From positions 128,643-192,642 of the forward strand of contig JAZSFR010000008.1 in NCBI GenBank assembly GCA_045532335.1: a DNA stretch of 64,000 nt, in the 5' to 3' direction. This DNA comes from Paludibacteraceae bacterium. GTDB taxonomy: Bacteria > Bacteroidota > Bacteroidia > Bacteroidales > Paludibacteraceae. Below the pieces are notes generated by a model. It was given only the letters and a program-made list of their open reading frames with translations, made no database searches and had not been told where the DNA came from. Made by a program: the position numbers and the translations under genes. Below, piece after piece: positions 53,755 through 62,698 of the stretch. The first letter of the stretch is position 1; each line of letters begins with the position of its first letter.

Positions 53755-54999
53755 ATGTCACAAGAAACCCTCACCCCTGCTCCTGCTAAAAAACGCCTCC
53801 TCTCTCTCGACGTTTTGCGTGGTATCACCATCGCGGGCATGATCCTTGTCAATAATCCTGGTACTTGGTCGCATATCTATGCGCCTCTTCGCCATGCGGC
53901 GTGGAACGGTTGCACACCTACTGACCTTGTCTTCCCATTCTTTGTCTTCTGTATGGGTATAGCTATGTTTATCTCCCACAAGAAGACTAGCCATGCGCTC
54001 ACTTGGCCTGTGGCTCAGAAGGTGATCACCCGTGGTTTGCTCATCGTTCTCATCGGTTGGGCTCTCAGTTGGCTCGGTATGTTTCTTGGACAAATAACCA
54101 AAGAAGGTACCACTCTCCTGCAAGCTGTTTGGACCTATCCAATCGAGCATATTCGTATCTTGGGCGTCTTCCCACGTTTGGGGCTTGTTAGTATCTTCGG
54201 AGGTCTGCTCATGCTTGCTGCTAAGCCTAAGAACTGCCCTTGGGTAGCTGCTGTACTGATGATCATCTATTGCATTATGCAGAGCGTAACCAATAGTTTC
54301 GAACTTAACGCTGCCAACATGGAGTCGATTGTGGACCTCAAGTTGCTCGGCGATAACCATATCTACCACATGACCAATGCTGCTGGTGAGCGCATTGCAT
54401 TTGATCCAGAGGGTGTTCTCTCTACTATCCCTTGCGTGGCGCATGTGTTGATTGGCGCTTGGATGGGACATCTCATCATGAATGTCAAAGATAATTGGGG
54501 CAAAGTCACTCGCCTTCTCCTTGCTGGAGCGGTGATGATGCTTGCGGGTTTCTTGTTGGATTATGCATATCCTATCAACAAAAGTATGTGGTCTGCTAGT
54601 TATATCCTCGTTACTTGCGGTTTAGCTAGTTCCTTGCTCGCTATTCTGACATGGATCTTGGATATCCGTTTGCCAGAGCGCAACGAGAAAGAGGCTACCA
54701 CCGAATGCGAAGTAGTGACTAAGAAAGTGGCAAACAACTGGTATAAGTTCTTCGAGTGCTTTGGTGTTAACCCTTTGTTTATCTTCTGCTTGAGCGCAAT
54801 CGCTGTCTATGTGATGCGTAGCATCCGCTTTGAGTTCAATGAACAGATGTACAATGTCTGGAGCTTCTGGTATAAGGTTTGCATGCAGCCTCTCTTTGGC
54901 AACGAAGGTGGCTCGTTGGCGTGTGCCCTCAGTCTTATCTTTGTCCTCTGGGGAATCGCTTACCTTCTCTACCGCAAGAAGATTTATATTAAGCTATAA
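53755..54999 (+). CDS. membrane acyltransferase-like protein (DUF1624/DUF5009, heparan-alpha-glucosaminide N-acetyltransferase-like)
   Basis: 414 aa polytopic protein. The N-terminal RLLSLDVLRGITIAGMILVNNPG is typical of this family. Confidence 0.7.
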   Translation: MSQETLTPAPAKKRLLSLDVLRGITIAGMILVNNPGTWSHIYAPLRHAAWNGCTPTDLVFPFFVFCMGIAMFISHKKTSHALTWPVAQKVITRGLLIVLIGWALSWLGMFLGQITKEGTTLLQAVWTYPIEHIRILGVFPRLGLVSIFGGLLMLAAKPKNCPWVAAVLMIIYCIMQSVTNSFELNAANMESIVDLKLLGDNHIYHMTNAAGERIAFDPEGVLSTIPCVAHVLIGAWMGHLIMNVKDNWGKVTRLLLAGAVMMLAGFLLDYAYPINKSMWSASYILVTCGLASSLLAILTWILDIRLPERNEKEATTECEVVTKKVANNWYKFFECFGVNPLFIFCLSAIAVYVMRSIRFEFNEQMYNVWSFWYKVCMQPLFGNEGGSLACALSLIFVLWGIAYLLYRKKIYIKL

Positions 55000-55107
55000 A
55001 TTTCAAGTAACAAATAATTTTTGTAGCGTAATAATCAGTGATAATCAGTGTTATCAGTGGGAAATATGATAATTGAGATTTCTCGAGCGTAGCGAGTAGG
55101 AGTTAAT

Positions 55108-55965
55108 ATGCCCAAGATAGCAACTATAGGATTTTTCGACGGTGTCCATCGCGGACACCGTTTCCTGTTTGCCCAGTTACACGAGCATGCCAAGCACCAT
55201 CAACTAACTCCTGCTATCTATACCTTTGACTGCCATCCCAAGGAACTGCTGACTGGTCAAGCCCCTGCGATGCTCACCACGCATGACGAGCGAAAAGCCT
55301 TACTTCAGAACTACGGCGAAGTGCATTTCTTAGATTTTGCTGCGGTGCAACAGCTTACTGCAGAGCAGTTTATGTGCTACCTCAAAGAGCATGAAGGAGT
55401 AGATACTTTACTCATGGGCTACGACCATCATTTTGGTTCGGATTGCCTGAAAGGCTTCCATGAATACGAAAAGATCGCGCACAAAATAGGTTTGCATATC
55501 GAGCGTGCGCATGAGTGCTTGGTGGACGGAGTACCAGTTAGCTCATCTCGTATCCGCAAACTCATGGCTGCGGCGCAAATAGACCAAGTCAACCGCCTGT
55601 TGGGCTATACATATAGTGTTTCGGGCGTGGTAGAGCACGGCAATGCCATAGGCACAAAACTTGGATTTCCGACAGCGAATATCCGCCTCAATTCTGCCAA
55701 GCAACTCCCTGCTAGTGGAGTCTATGTAGTGATGGCTCAGGTCGATGGGGTAGAGTACAAGGCATTGGCGAATATCGGCACCAACCCAACCGTAGGCAAC
55801 GACCATCTATCTTTGGAAGTACATCTGCTTGATTTTCAGGGTGATTTGTACGACCAACCGTTGACAATTTCTTTCCTCTCTTTCCTTCGTGAAGAAAAGA
55901 AGTTCGCCTCTCTTGACGAACTAAAAAAACAAATTGCAGAAGATGTACAAATGTCTTTTGTCTAG
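55108..55965 (+). CDS. ribF: bifunctional riboflavin kinase / FMN adenylyltransferase
   Basis: IGFFDGVHRGH, GYDHHFG, GFPTANI, ...GTNPT motifs. Confidence 0.9.
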   Translation: MPKIATIGFFDGVHRGHRFLFAQLHEHAKHHQLTPAIYTFDCHPKELLTGQAPAMLTTHDERKALLQNYGEVHFLDFAAVQQLTAEQFMCYLKEHEGVDTLLMGYDHHFGSDCLKGFHEYEKIAHKIGLHIERAHECLVDGVPVSSSRIRKLMAAAQIDQVNRLLGYTYSVSGVVEHGNAIGTKLGFPTANIRLNSAKQLPASGVYVVMAQVDGVEYKALANIGTNPTVGNDHLSLEVHLLDFQGDLYDQPLTISFLSFLREEKKFASLDELKKQIAEDVQMSFV

Positions 55966-55990
55966 TTATATCCAATAGTGTAGTTCTTTA

Positions 55991-56018
55991 TACCGCAAAT
56001 TGCATACCGCAAATTGCG
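55991..56018. repeat. tandem 14-mer x2, each containing the near-palindrome GCAAATTGC
   Basis: TACCGCAAATTGCA TACCGCAAATTGCG. Confidence 0.85.
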
Positions 56019-56112
56019 TAATCTGGTAGATCTCAGGAACCTTTTTTTACTTGTGTCTTCAAACATAAGTGGCGATTTCTTTTGTCGTAGACCCTTGAAA
56101 TGCACTTGTAAA

Positions 56113-56156
56113 TCTTTAGTTATTCTTTAGTGATTCTTAGGTTATTCATAGGTGAT
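56113..56156. repeat. tandem 11-mer x4
   Basis: TCTTTAGTTAT TCTTTAGTGAT TCTTAGGTTAT TCATAGGTGAT. Confidence 0.85.
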
Positions 56157-56260
56157 TCAGCAACTTTTACCGATACTCATAGAAGTAAACTCCCATAGTG
56201 AGGTAAAAATGGTATTAATAGATAAAATTCTATTATTTTCTTATAAAAAGTATTCGTTTT

Positions 56261-56292
56261 CTTGCGTATGTGCATTTTTTTTTGTACCTTTG
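56261..56292 (+). promoter_or_regulatory. promoter of pnp (-33 CTTG / -7 TAccTTTG)
   Basis: CTTGCGTATGTGCATTTTTTTTTGTACCTTTG. Confidence 0.55.
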
Positions 56293-56357
56293 CAGCGACA
56301 TTTTATGGTCTATAACTAATTGGATACAAACCGTATCCGCTAAAACACATTAAAAAG

Positions 56358-58619
56358 ATGAATATTGTAAAAAAGGAGATTATTCTTCCTGATGGGCGTG
56401 TGATCACGCTCGAGACTGGCAAGCTGGCTAAACAAGCAGACGGCGCAGTAATGGCGACCCTCGGCAATACCATGGTTCTTGCTACAGTTTGCTCCGCAAA
56501 GACTGCGGTTCCAGGTACGGACTTCATGCCGCTTACCGTTGAGTACAAAGAGAAATTTTCTGCAGCTGGTCGTTTCCCAGGCGGTTTCACTCGCCGCGAG
56601 GGTAAAGCATCTGACTACGAGATTCTTATCGCTCGTCTCATCGACCGTGCGTTGCGTCCTCTCTTCCCAAGCGATTATCACGCTGACACTTTCGTAAACG
56701 TAACTCTCTATTCTGCTGACGGCATCGATATGCCAGAGTCTATCGCAGGTTTGGCTGCTTCAGCTGCACTTGCTTGCTCAGATATCCCATTTGAGGGTCC
56801 TATCTCTGAGGTACGCGTAGCACGCGTGAATGGTGAGTTCGTCATCAACCCAACCTTTGAGCAATGCGAGAAAGCCGACATCGAGCTCGTTGTAGCTGCT
56901 ACTCTCGACAATATCATGATGGTTGAGGGTGAGATGAAAGAGGTTAGCGAGGCAGATATGCTCGAGGCTATCAAGGTGGCTCACGAGGCTATCAAACCAC
57001 AATGCCAAGCTCAAATCGAGATGATGGAAGCATTTGGTAAGACCGTTAAGCGTGAGTACTGCCACGAGATCAACGACGATGAACTCAAACAAGCAGTTCA
57101 CGACTTCAGCTATGCTCGCGCTTACGCACAAGCTACTGCTGCTGACACCAACAAGCATCACCGCGAGGAGATGTTCACCCAAATCCGCGAGGACTTCAAA
57201 GTAGAGAAAGCTGAGTATATGGCTGCTCGTGCTGAGGCTCTTGGCGTAGAGTTGGATGACATCGATGCACTCGTAAACAAATACTACCACGATGTAGAGA
57301 AAGAGGCAATGCGTCGCTCTATCCTCGATGAGGGCAAGCGTCTTGATGGTCGTAAGACTACCGACATCCGTCCTATCTGGTGCGAGGTTTCTCCACTGCC
57401 AGGACCTCACGGATCTTCTATCTTTACCCGTGGTGAGACCCAATCACTCTCTACTGTTACACTCGGTAATAGCCGCGATGAGAAGATGATTGACGAGGCA
57501 CTTATCCAAGGTTCTGAGAAGTTCCTCCTCCACTACAACTTCCCTCCTTTCTCTACAGGCGAGGCTCGTCCACAACGTGGTGTAGGCCGTCGTGAGATTG
57601 GTCACGGTAACCTCGCTTGCCGTGCACTCAAGTCTGTAGTACCTGCTGATTATCCATACACTATCCGTGTTGTGAGCGATATCCTCGAGTCTAATGGTTC
57701 TTCTTCTATGGCTACCGTTTGCGCAGGTACTCTCGCCCTCATGGACGCTGGTGTACCTATCAAACCAGTTTCTGGTATTGCTATGGGTCTTATCTCTGAG
57801 TGCAAGGGTACTAAGTACGCTATCCTCAGCGATATCCTTGGCGACGAGGATCACCTCGGTGATATGGACTTCAAGACCACAGGTACACGCGACGGTTTGA
57901 CCGCTTGCCAAATGGATATCAAGGTGGACGGTTTGAGTTACGAGATCCTTGAGAACGCATTGGCACAAGCACACGAGGCACGTATGTACATCCTCGACAA
58001 GATCGTTGAGACCATGCCAGAGGCTCGTCCTGACCTCAAACCTCATGCTCCACGCATCGTAAGCTTCATCATTCCTAAGGATATGATTGGCGCAGTGATC
58101 GGCCCTGGTGGTAAGATTATCCAAGGTATCCAAGCTGAGACAGGTGCTGTAGTTTCTATCGAAGAGATTGCTGAGGGCGGTAAGGTAGAGGTTGCATCTA
58201 ACAACCAAGAGTCTATGGACGCTGCTATCGCTAAGATCAAAGCTATCGTGGCTATCCCAGAGGTAGGCGAGGTATATGAGTCAACTGTTAAGTCTATCAT
58301 GCCTTATGGCTGCTTCGTAGAGTTTATGCCTGGAAAAGAGGGCTTGCTCCACATCTCTGAGATCGACTGGAAACGCTATGAGACTATGGAAGAGACTGGT
58401 ATCCAAGAGGGTGACAAGATCACCATCAAACTCATGGAGGTTGACCAAAAGACTGGTAAGTTCAAACTCAGTGCTAAAGCATTGAAGGAGAAACCAGAGG
58501 GTTATGTAGAGCCAGAGCGTCCAGCTCGTGGTGATCGCGGTCCTCGTCCAGAGCGTCGTGGTCCACGCCCAGAGCGCCGCAACCCAGAGGCAGACGGCGC
58601 ACGCTTGAATCGCCATTAA
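56358..58619 (+). CDS. pnp: polyribonucleotide nucleotidyltransferase (PNPase) with Arg/Pro-rich C-terminal tail
   Basis: 753 aa. Two RNase PH domains, a KH domain ([10 protein letters not shown]) and an S1 domain, then [24 protein letters not shown]. Confidence 0.97.
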   Translation: MNIVKKEIILPDGRVITLETGKLAKQADGAVMATLGNTMVLATVCSAKTAVPGTDFMPLTVEYKEKFSAAGRFPGGFTRREGKASDYEILIARLIDRALRPLFPSDYHADTFVNVTLYSADGIDMPESIAGLAASAALACSDIPFEGPISEVRVARVNGEFVINPTFEQCEKADIELVVAATLDNIMMVEGEMKEVSEADMLEAIKVAHEAIKPQCQAQIEMMEAFGKTVKREYCHEINDDELKQAVHDFSYARAYAQATAADTNKHHREEMFTQIREDFKVEKAEYMAARAEALGVELDDIDALVNKYYHDVEKEAMRRSILDEGKRLDGRKTTDIRPIWCEVSPLPGPHGSSIFTRGETQSLSTVTLGNSRDEKMIDEALIQGSEKFLLHYNFPPFSTGEARPQRGVGRREIGHGNLACRALKSVVPADYPYTIRVVSDILESNGSSSMATVCAGTLALMDAGVPIKPVSGIAMGLISECKGTKYAILSDILGDEDHLGDMDFKTTGTRDGLTACQMDIKVDGLSYEILENALAQAHEARMYILDKIVETMPEARPDLKPHAPRIVSFIIPKDMIGAVIGPGGKIIQGIQAETGAVVSIEEIAEGGKVEVASNNQESMDAAIAKIKAIVAIPEVGEVYESTVKSIMPYGCFVEFMPGKEGLLHISEIDWKRYETMEETGIQEGDKITIKLMEVDQKTGKFKLSAKALKEKPEGYVEPERPARGDRGPRPERRGPRPERRNPEADGARLNRH

Positions 58620-58625
58620 TTAGTG

Positions 58626-58662
58626 AAAGACTAAGCAATCCGCTTAGTCTTTTATTTTTTTT
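58626..58662 (+). terminator. intrinsic terminator after pnp
   Basis: AAAGACTAAGC / GCTTAGTCTTT followed by a T-rich run. Confidence 0.85.
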
Positions 58663-58738
58663 GTTCGGTATTTCTATTTCTGCCAAAAATAGAGAAGTTA
58701 AAAAATGTTGTAAAATGTTAAAAAAAAAACACCTTTTC

Positions 58739-58770
58739 CTTGCAAGATTTAATTTTTTTCTTTACCTTTG
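58739..58770 (+). promoter_or_regulatory. promoter of small Cys-rich lipoprotein gene (-33 CTTG / -7 TAccTTTG)
   Basis: CTTGCAAGATTTAATTTTTTTCTTTACCTTTG. Confidence 0.55.
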
Positions 58771-58861
58771 CAGTGAATTTATGAAAATAACTTAAATGTA
58801 TGTCGATGACGTGTTGGTCGGTGTGCATTTTGATTAATCAACACAACAAATTTCTTTTATT

Positions 58862-59068
58862 ATGAAAAAAGTTTTATTTTTTGCTGTAGCTGCTGTAGCT
58901 ACTTTGGCTTTTTCTTCTTGCAAAGACACAAAGTGTACATGTACAGAGAAAAACACGGGTGCTTCACAAGTGATTGATTTGTCAGGTCAAGATGTGTATG
59001 ACAACTGTGGTGATGTGGAAGATTTGCTTAATTACGCATCAGAAGGTTATCTGGACTGGGATTGTTAA
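58862..59068 (+). CDS. small Cys-rich lipoprotein
   Basis: 68 aa. Lipobox LAFSSC, then four more Cys (C25, C27, C49, C-terminal C68). It has its own promoter (58739-58770) and terminator (59083-59120). Confidence 0.6.
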   Translation: MKKVLFFAVAAVATLAFSSCKDTKCTCTEKNTGASQVIDLSGQDVYDNCGDVEDLLNYASEGYLDWDC

Positions 59069-59082
59069 TCTTCTATAAAACA

Positions 59083-59120
59083 ACAGATTATCTCTTATTG
59101 GGGATAATCTGTTTTTTTTT
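59083..59120 (+). terminator. intrinsic terminator after small lipoprotein gene
   Basis: ACAGATTATC / GATAATCTGT followed by T9. Confidence 0.85.
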
Positions 59121-59143
59121 ACATATAGTGTTGACTTATATAC

Positions 59144-60025
59144 ATGAAATACCTTTCTTACATAAGTACCACCATCTTAGGTTTGATGTTTCTTTTCTCT
59201 GCTTTTGCAAAAGCATGGGATGCAGAAACTTTTGCTGATATGTTGTTACAATATGGACCACAATGGTTTAGTATTGGAGCGCCAATTATTATTATGGCAG
59301 AATCCGTATTAGGAATGGTACTCGTATTGCAGATTAAGACAAGGTGGAGTGCTATTTGTGCTGATTGTTTTTTAGTAATTGTCAGCGCAATTTTTGCCTA
59401 TGGTGTATTGGCAAAGGGAATTCAAGACTGTGGATGTTTTGGTGTGTTTTCTAAATTGTTTACAGGAAAGCCGTGGGTAACATTCGTTAGAAACGCGTTG
59501 TTCGTAGCCATCTCAATTCCTGCGATATTGGATTCAAATCGAAAAGTACGATATATATATCCTAAAGTTTGTTTAACAATCGTTGTTGCGGCAATGGCAT
59601 GCTTTGTATGTGGATTAAGTATGCGTAAGTCATATAAATTGCCTAAAATATCCCAAGTCAGATCTAATAACCGCAGTAAAGTGATGGAAAAATTAAACGA
59701 AATTTATTCCTTTAATTCCGATTCCACTTACGTTGTTTATTTGTTTTCGTTTACTTGTCCACATTGTCAAAATTCTTTTGCAAATGTGCAACAATTTCAA
59801 CAATTTAATGTTGTTGATAAAGTTATTGGTATCGCTGTAGAAGATAAAGATGCTCAAGCACGCTTTTATCGCATATACAAACCAGAAATAGATATTATCA
59901 CTATTCCAAAAGAGCAAATGGAGCTGATCACAAATCAACTGCCTATTGGAATGTCTATCAGAGAAAATTCAATCAAAAAGGCAGAAGTAGGTTTTATTAC
60001 TTCTCCTGGACTTTTTTTGGAATAA
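59144..60025 (+). CDS. MauE/DoxX-like membrane domain fused to thioredoxin-fold domain (CPHC)
   Basis: 293 aa. About 4-5 TM helices (FLFSAFAKAWD..., CGCFG), then a soluble domain with VVYLFSFTCPHCQ. Confidence 0.65.
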   Translation: MKYLSYISTTILGLMFLFSAFAKAWDAETFADMLLQYGPQWFSIGAPIIIMAESVLGMVLVLQIKTRWSAICADCFLVIVSAIFAYGVLAKGIQDCGCFGVFSKLFTGKPWVTFVRNALFVAISIPAILDSNRKVRYIYPKVCLTIVVAAMACFVCGLSMRKSYKLPKISQVRSNNRSKVMEKLNEIYSFNSDSTYVVYLFSFTCPHCQNSFANVQQFQQFNVVDKVIGIAVEDKDAQARFYRIYKPEIDIITIPKEQMELITNQLPIGMSIRENSIKKAEVGFITSPGLFLE

Positions 60026-60169
60026 ATGACAAAGTTGATGTCATTTTGAAATGAGATTATAAAATAAAGAGGAGGTGTTGAAATCAATCACTTTCCACTT
60101 GTTCTGACCACGAATCCTACGCTATAAAGATGCGTATTGCTGATAATCATCAAATTTTGCTTATATATT

Positions 60170-60994
60170 ATGAATCGCATAATTATTTTTATATTTATTG
60201 TATTATTTTTACTACCTTGCTTTACTGAATGTATTGCACAAGGAAATTGGACAGATGAACATTCTAGTAGGGCTGCAAATCTCATAATGAGTGTACTAAA
60301 TAATATCGAAGAACGTCTAGATGAAGAGCAAAGAGAAAAAAGAAGATATGAATACCTGAAAATAGCTCAAGAAAATGCAAAAAATGCTCATGACAGGTTT
60401 TTTATTCCAGAAGAAGTAAAAAGAGAAATTACAAAAGAGCGAGCACGAATAGAATTAGAAAATAGGGAAGCAGAGAGTGAAAAACATTTGCAAAAATTGA
60501 TAGAAATCAATTATCCATATGTGGATTGCTATGAAATTAATGCAAATGGAGACTTAGTTATAGATCAGTTCTGCGTTGAGTGGAAGCAATTAGTTTCTAT
60601 GAGGTATGTAGATTTAGGTCTTCCAAGCGGTACCTTATGGGGGACAATGAATTTGATATGTCGTTATACATATGATGATGCTATCAAAAAATTTGAAAAT
60701 CAACTACCTACTCAACAGCAGTTTGCTGAACTTGTAGACCAATGTACTTGGTCTTGGGAAGATGGTTTCTATCAGGTGATAGGTCCTAATGGTAACTCTA
60801 TTTATCTCTGTGCTGCGGGGCACCGCTTTTGTGATGGCGAGGTGCACAACGTAGGTATTGGTGGCTACTATTGGTCGTCTACTCCTTACGATTCAAGTTG
60901 TGTATGGTCGTTCTGTTTTTTTTCTGACAAGGTGGACATGCACTACAATTCTCGTTGCTTCGGACAATCAGTGATTCTTGTCCAGAATCCATGA
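60170..60994 (+). CDS. secreted protein with coiled-coil region and FISUMP-type (Fibrobacter succinogenes major paralogous) C-terminal domain
   Basis: Signal MNRIIIFIFIVLFLLPCF, a charged helical segment, and a C-terminal LCAAGHRF.DG....G.GGYYWSSTP...CFGQSV pattern. Confidence 0.6.
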   Translation: MNRIIIFIFIVLFLLPCFTECIAQGNWTDEHSSRAANLIMSVLNNIEERLDEEQREKRRYEYLKIAQENAKNAHDRFFIPEEVKREITKERARIELENREAESEKHLQKLIEINYPYVDCYEINANGDLVIDQFCVEWKQLVSMRYVDLGLPSGTLWGTMNLICRYTYDDAIKKFENQLPTQQQFAELVDQCTWSWEDGFYQVIGPNGNSIYLCAAGHRFCDGEVHNVGIGGYYWSSTPYDSSCVWSFCFFSDKVDMHYNSRCFGQSVILVQNP

Positions 60995-61117
60995 AATTAT
61001 TTTGTCAAATGTTTTCGCATCAGATATATTTGAAAAATTATCAGCAGATCAGCTATCTTTAAATAGGATTTCGCAATCTTTGTACTAACTTTTAGCATCA
61101 TATGTTGAACCTCTCAC

Positions 61118-62698
61118 TTATCCTGCCCAATCTTCTCTATCAAGGTTGCGATAACCGATGGCTTCGGAGATATGTACTACCTGAATAGCATCACTACCAT
61201 CCAAATCGGCAATCGTGCGTGCCACCTTTAATATACGATCGTACGCGCGTGCGGAGAGTCCCATCTTATCCATAGCATAAGACAGAAGTTTATCTCCTGC
61301 GGCGTCTAATACACAATATTCACGAACCAATTTAGGTGTCATTTGCGCATTACAATGGATAGGTTTTTGTGCGGTAGTATTATACTCAGCAAAGCGATGT
61401 TGCTGTACCTCTCTAGCCTTAATCACTCGTGTACGCATCTTCGCGCTACTCTCACCAGGTTGTGCGTCTTTCAGCGTGGAGTAGGGAACTGCTTGAATAT
61501 CACACTGTATATCAATACGGTCCAAGAGAGGACCTGAAATACGACTCATATAGCGATGAATCTGCGCGGGAGTACATACACAAGGATGGGCTGGGTTGTT
61601 CTCTCCATAATGTCCACATGGACATGGATTCATCGCAGCAACCAACATAAACGAAGCAGGATATTCCACGCTCATCTTGGTTCTTGTAACGCAAATCTTT
61701 CTGTCTTCCAATGGTTGGCGCATTACCTCTAAAGCGCTTCTTTTGTACTCTGGTAGCTCATCTAGAAAGAGCACACCGTTGTGTGCTAAACTTATTTCTC
61801 CTGGATGAGGATTAGTGCCTCCACCCACCAATGCGACATCGGTTATTGTGTGGTGAGGACTGCGGAAAGGACGTTGCACGATCAATGCACTAGACATGCC
61901 ATCGCTCTCTTTGCGACGTGCCATCAAACCCGAAACAGAATATATCTTAGTGGTTTCTAATGCCTCTTCCAAGTTGAGCGGTGGCAGGATCGAAGACAAA
62001 CGCTTAGCCATCATACTCTTACCTGCTCCTGGAGGACCTACCATAAGCATATTGTGTCCACCAGCAGCGGCCACTTCCATCGCGCGACGCACATTCTCTT
62101 GTCCACGAACATCAGAGAAATCCAAATCTGAAGTAAAAGCATGACTAGCAAACTCTGCTGCAGTGTCCACATTGGTAGGCTCAAACATCTGTGTTTGGTT
62201 TAAGAAACGTACCACTTCCAGCAGATTCTTTAGTCCATACACCTCAAGTCCACCTACTACAGCCGCCTCGCGAGCATTTTGCTCAGGTAGAATGATGCCT
62301 TTGAATCCTGCTTTGCGTGCAGCCAATGCCATTGGGAGTACTCCTTGAATCGCTTGGAGTGTTCCATCAAGCGACAACTCGCCCATAATCATATACTGGT
62401 CAAGCAGTGCTGTCTTCACTTCTTCTTCTGCAGTTAGCATACCAATAGCCAAGGGAAGGTCATATGCTGCACCTTCTTTCTTAATGTCCGCAGGAGCCAT
62501 ATTGATCGTCAAAGTGTGACGTGGTCTATTGTAACCATTGACGGTCAAAGCTGCCACAATACGCTCATGGCTCTCTTTGACGGCACTATCTGGAAGTCCG
62601 ACCAGCGTAAATTCAAATCCTGGTACAGCATGTACTTCTATGGTAACAATCACAGCATCAATACCTTGTGGTGCTGCTCCATAACATTTAATCAGCAT
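61118..62698 (-). CDS. YifB/ComM-family Mg-chelatase-like AAA+ ATPase
   Basis: 526 aa. Lon-protease-like N-domain, Walker A GPPGAGKS, LFLDELPE, C-terminal ChlI-type domain. Confidence 0.92.
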   Translation of the reverse strand: MLIKCYGAAPQGIDAVIVTIEVHAVPGFEFTLVGLPDSAVKESHERIVAALTVNGYNRPRHTLTINMAPADIKKEGAAYDLPLAIGMLTAEEEVKTALLDQYMIMGELSLDGTLQAIQGVLPMALAARKAGFKGIILPEQNAREAAVVGGLEVYGLKNLLEVVRFLNQTQMFEPTNVDTAAEFASHAFTSDLDFSDVRGQENVRRAMEVAAAGGHNMLMVGPPGAGKSMMAKRLSSILPPLNLEEALETTKIYSVSGLMARRKESDGMSSALIVQRPFRSPHHTITDVALVGGGTNPHPGEISLAHNGVLFLDELPEYKRSALEVMRQPLEDRKICVTRTKMSVEYPASFMLVAAMNPCPCGHYGENNPAHPCVCTPAQIHRYMSRISGPLLDRIDIQCDIQAVPYSTLKDAQPGESSAKMRTRVIKAREVQQHRFAEYNTTAQKPIHCNAQMTPKLVREYCVLDAAGDKLLSYAMDKMGLSARAYDRILKVARTIADLDGSDAIQVVHISEAIGYRNLDREDWAG

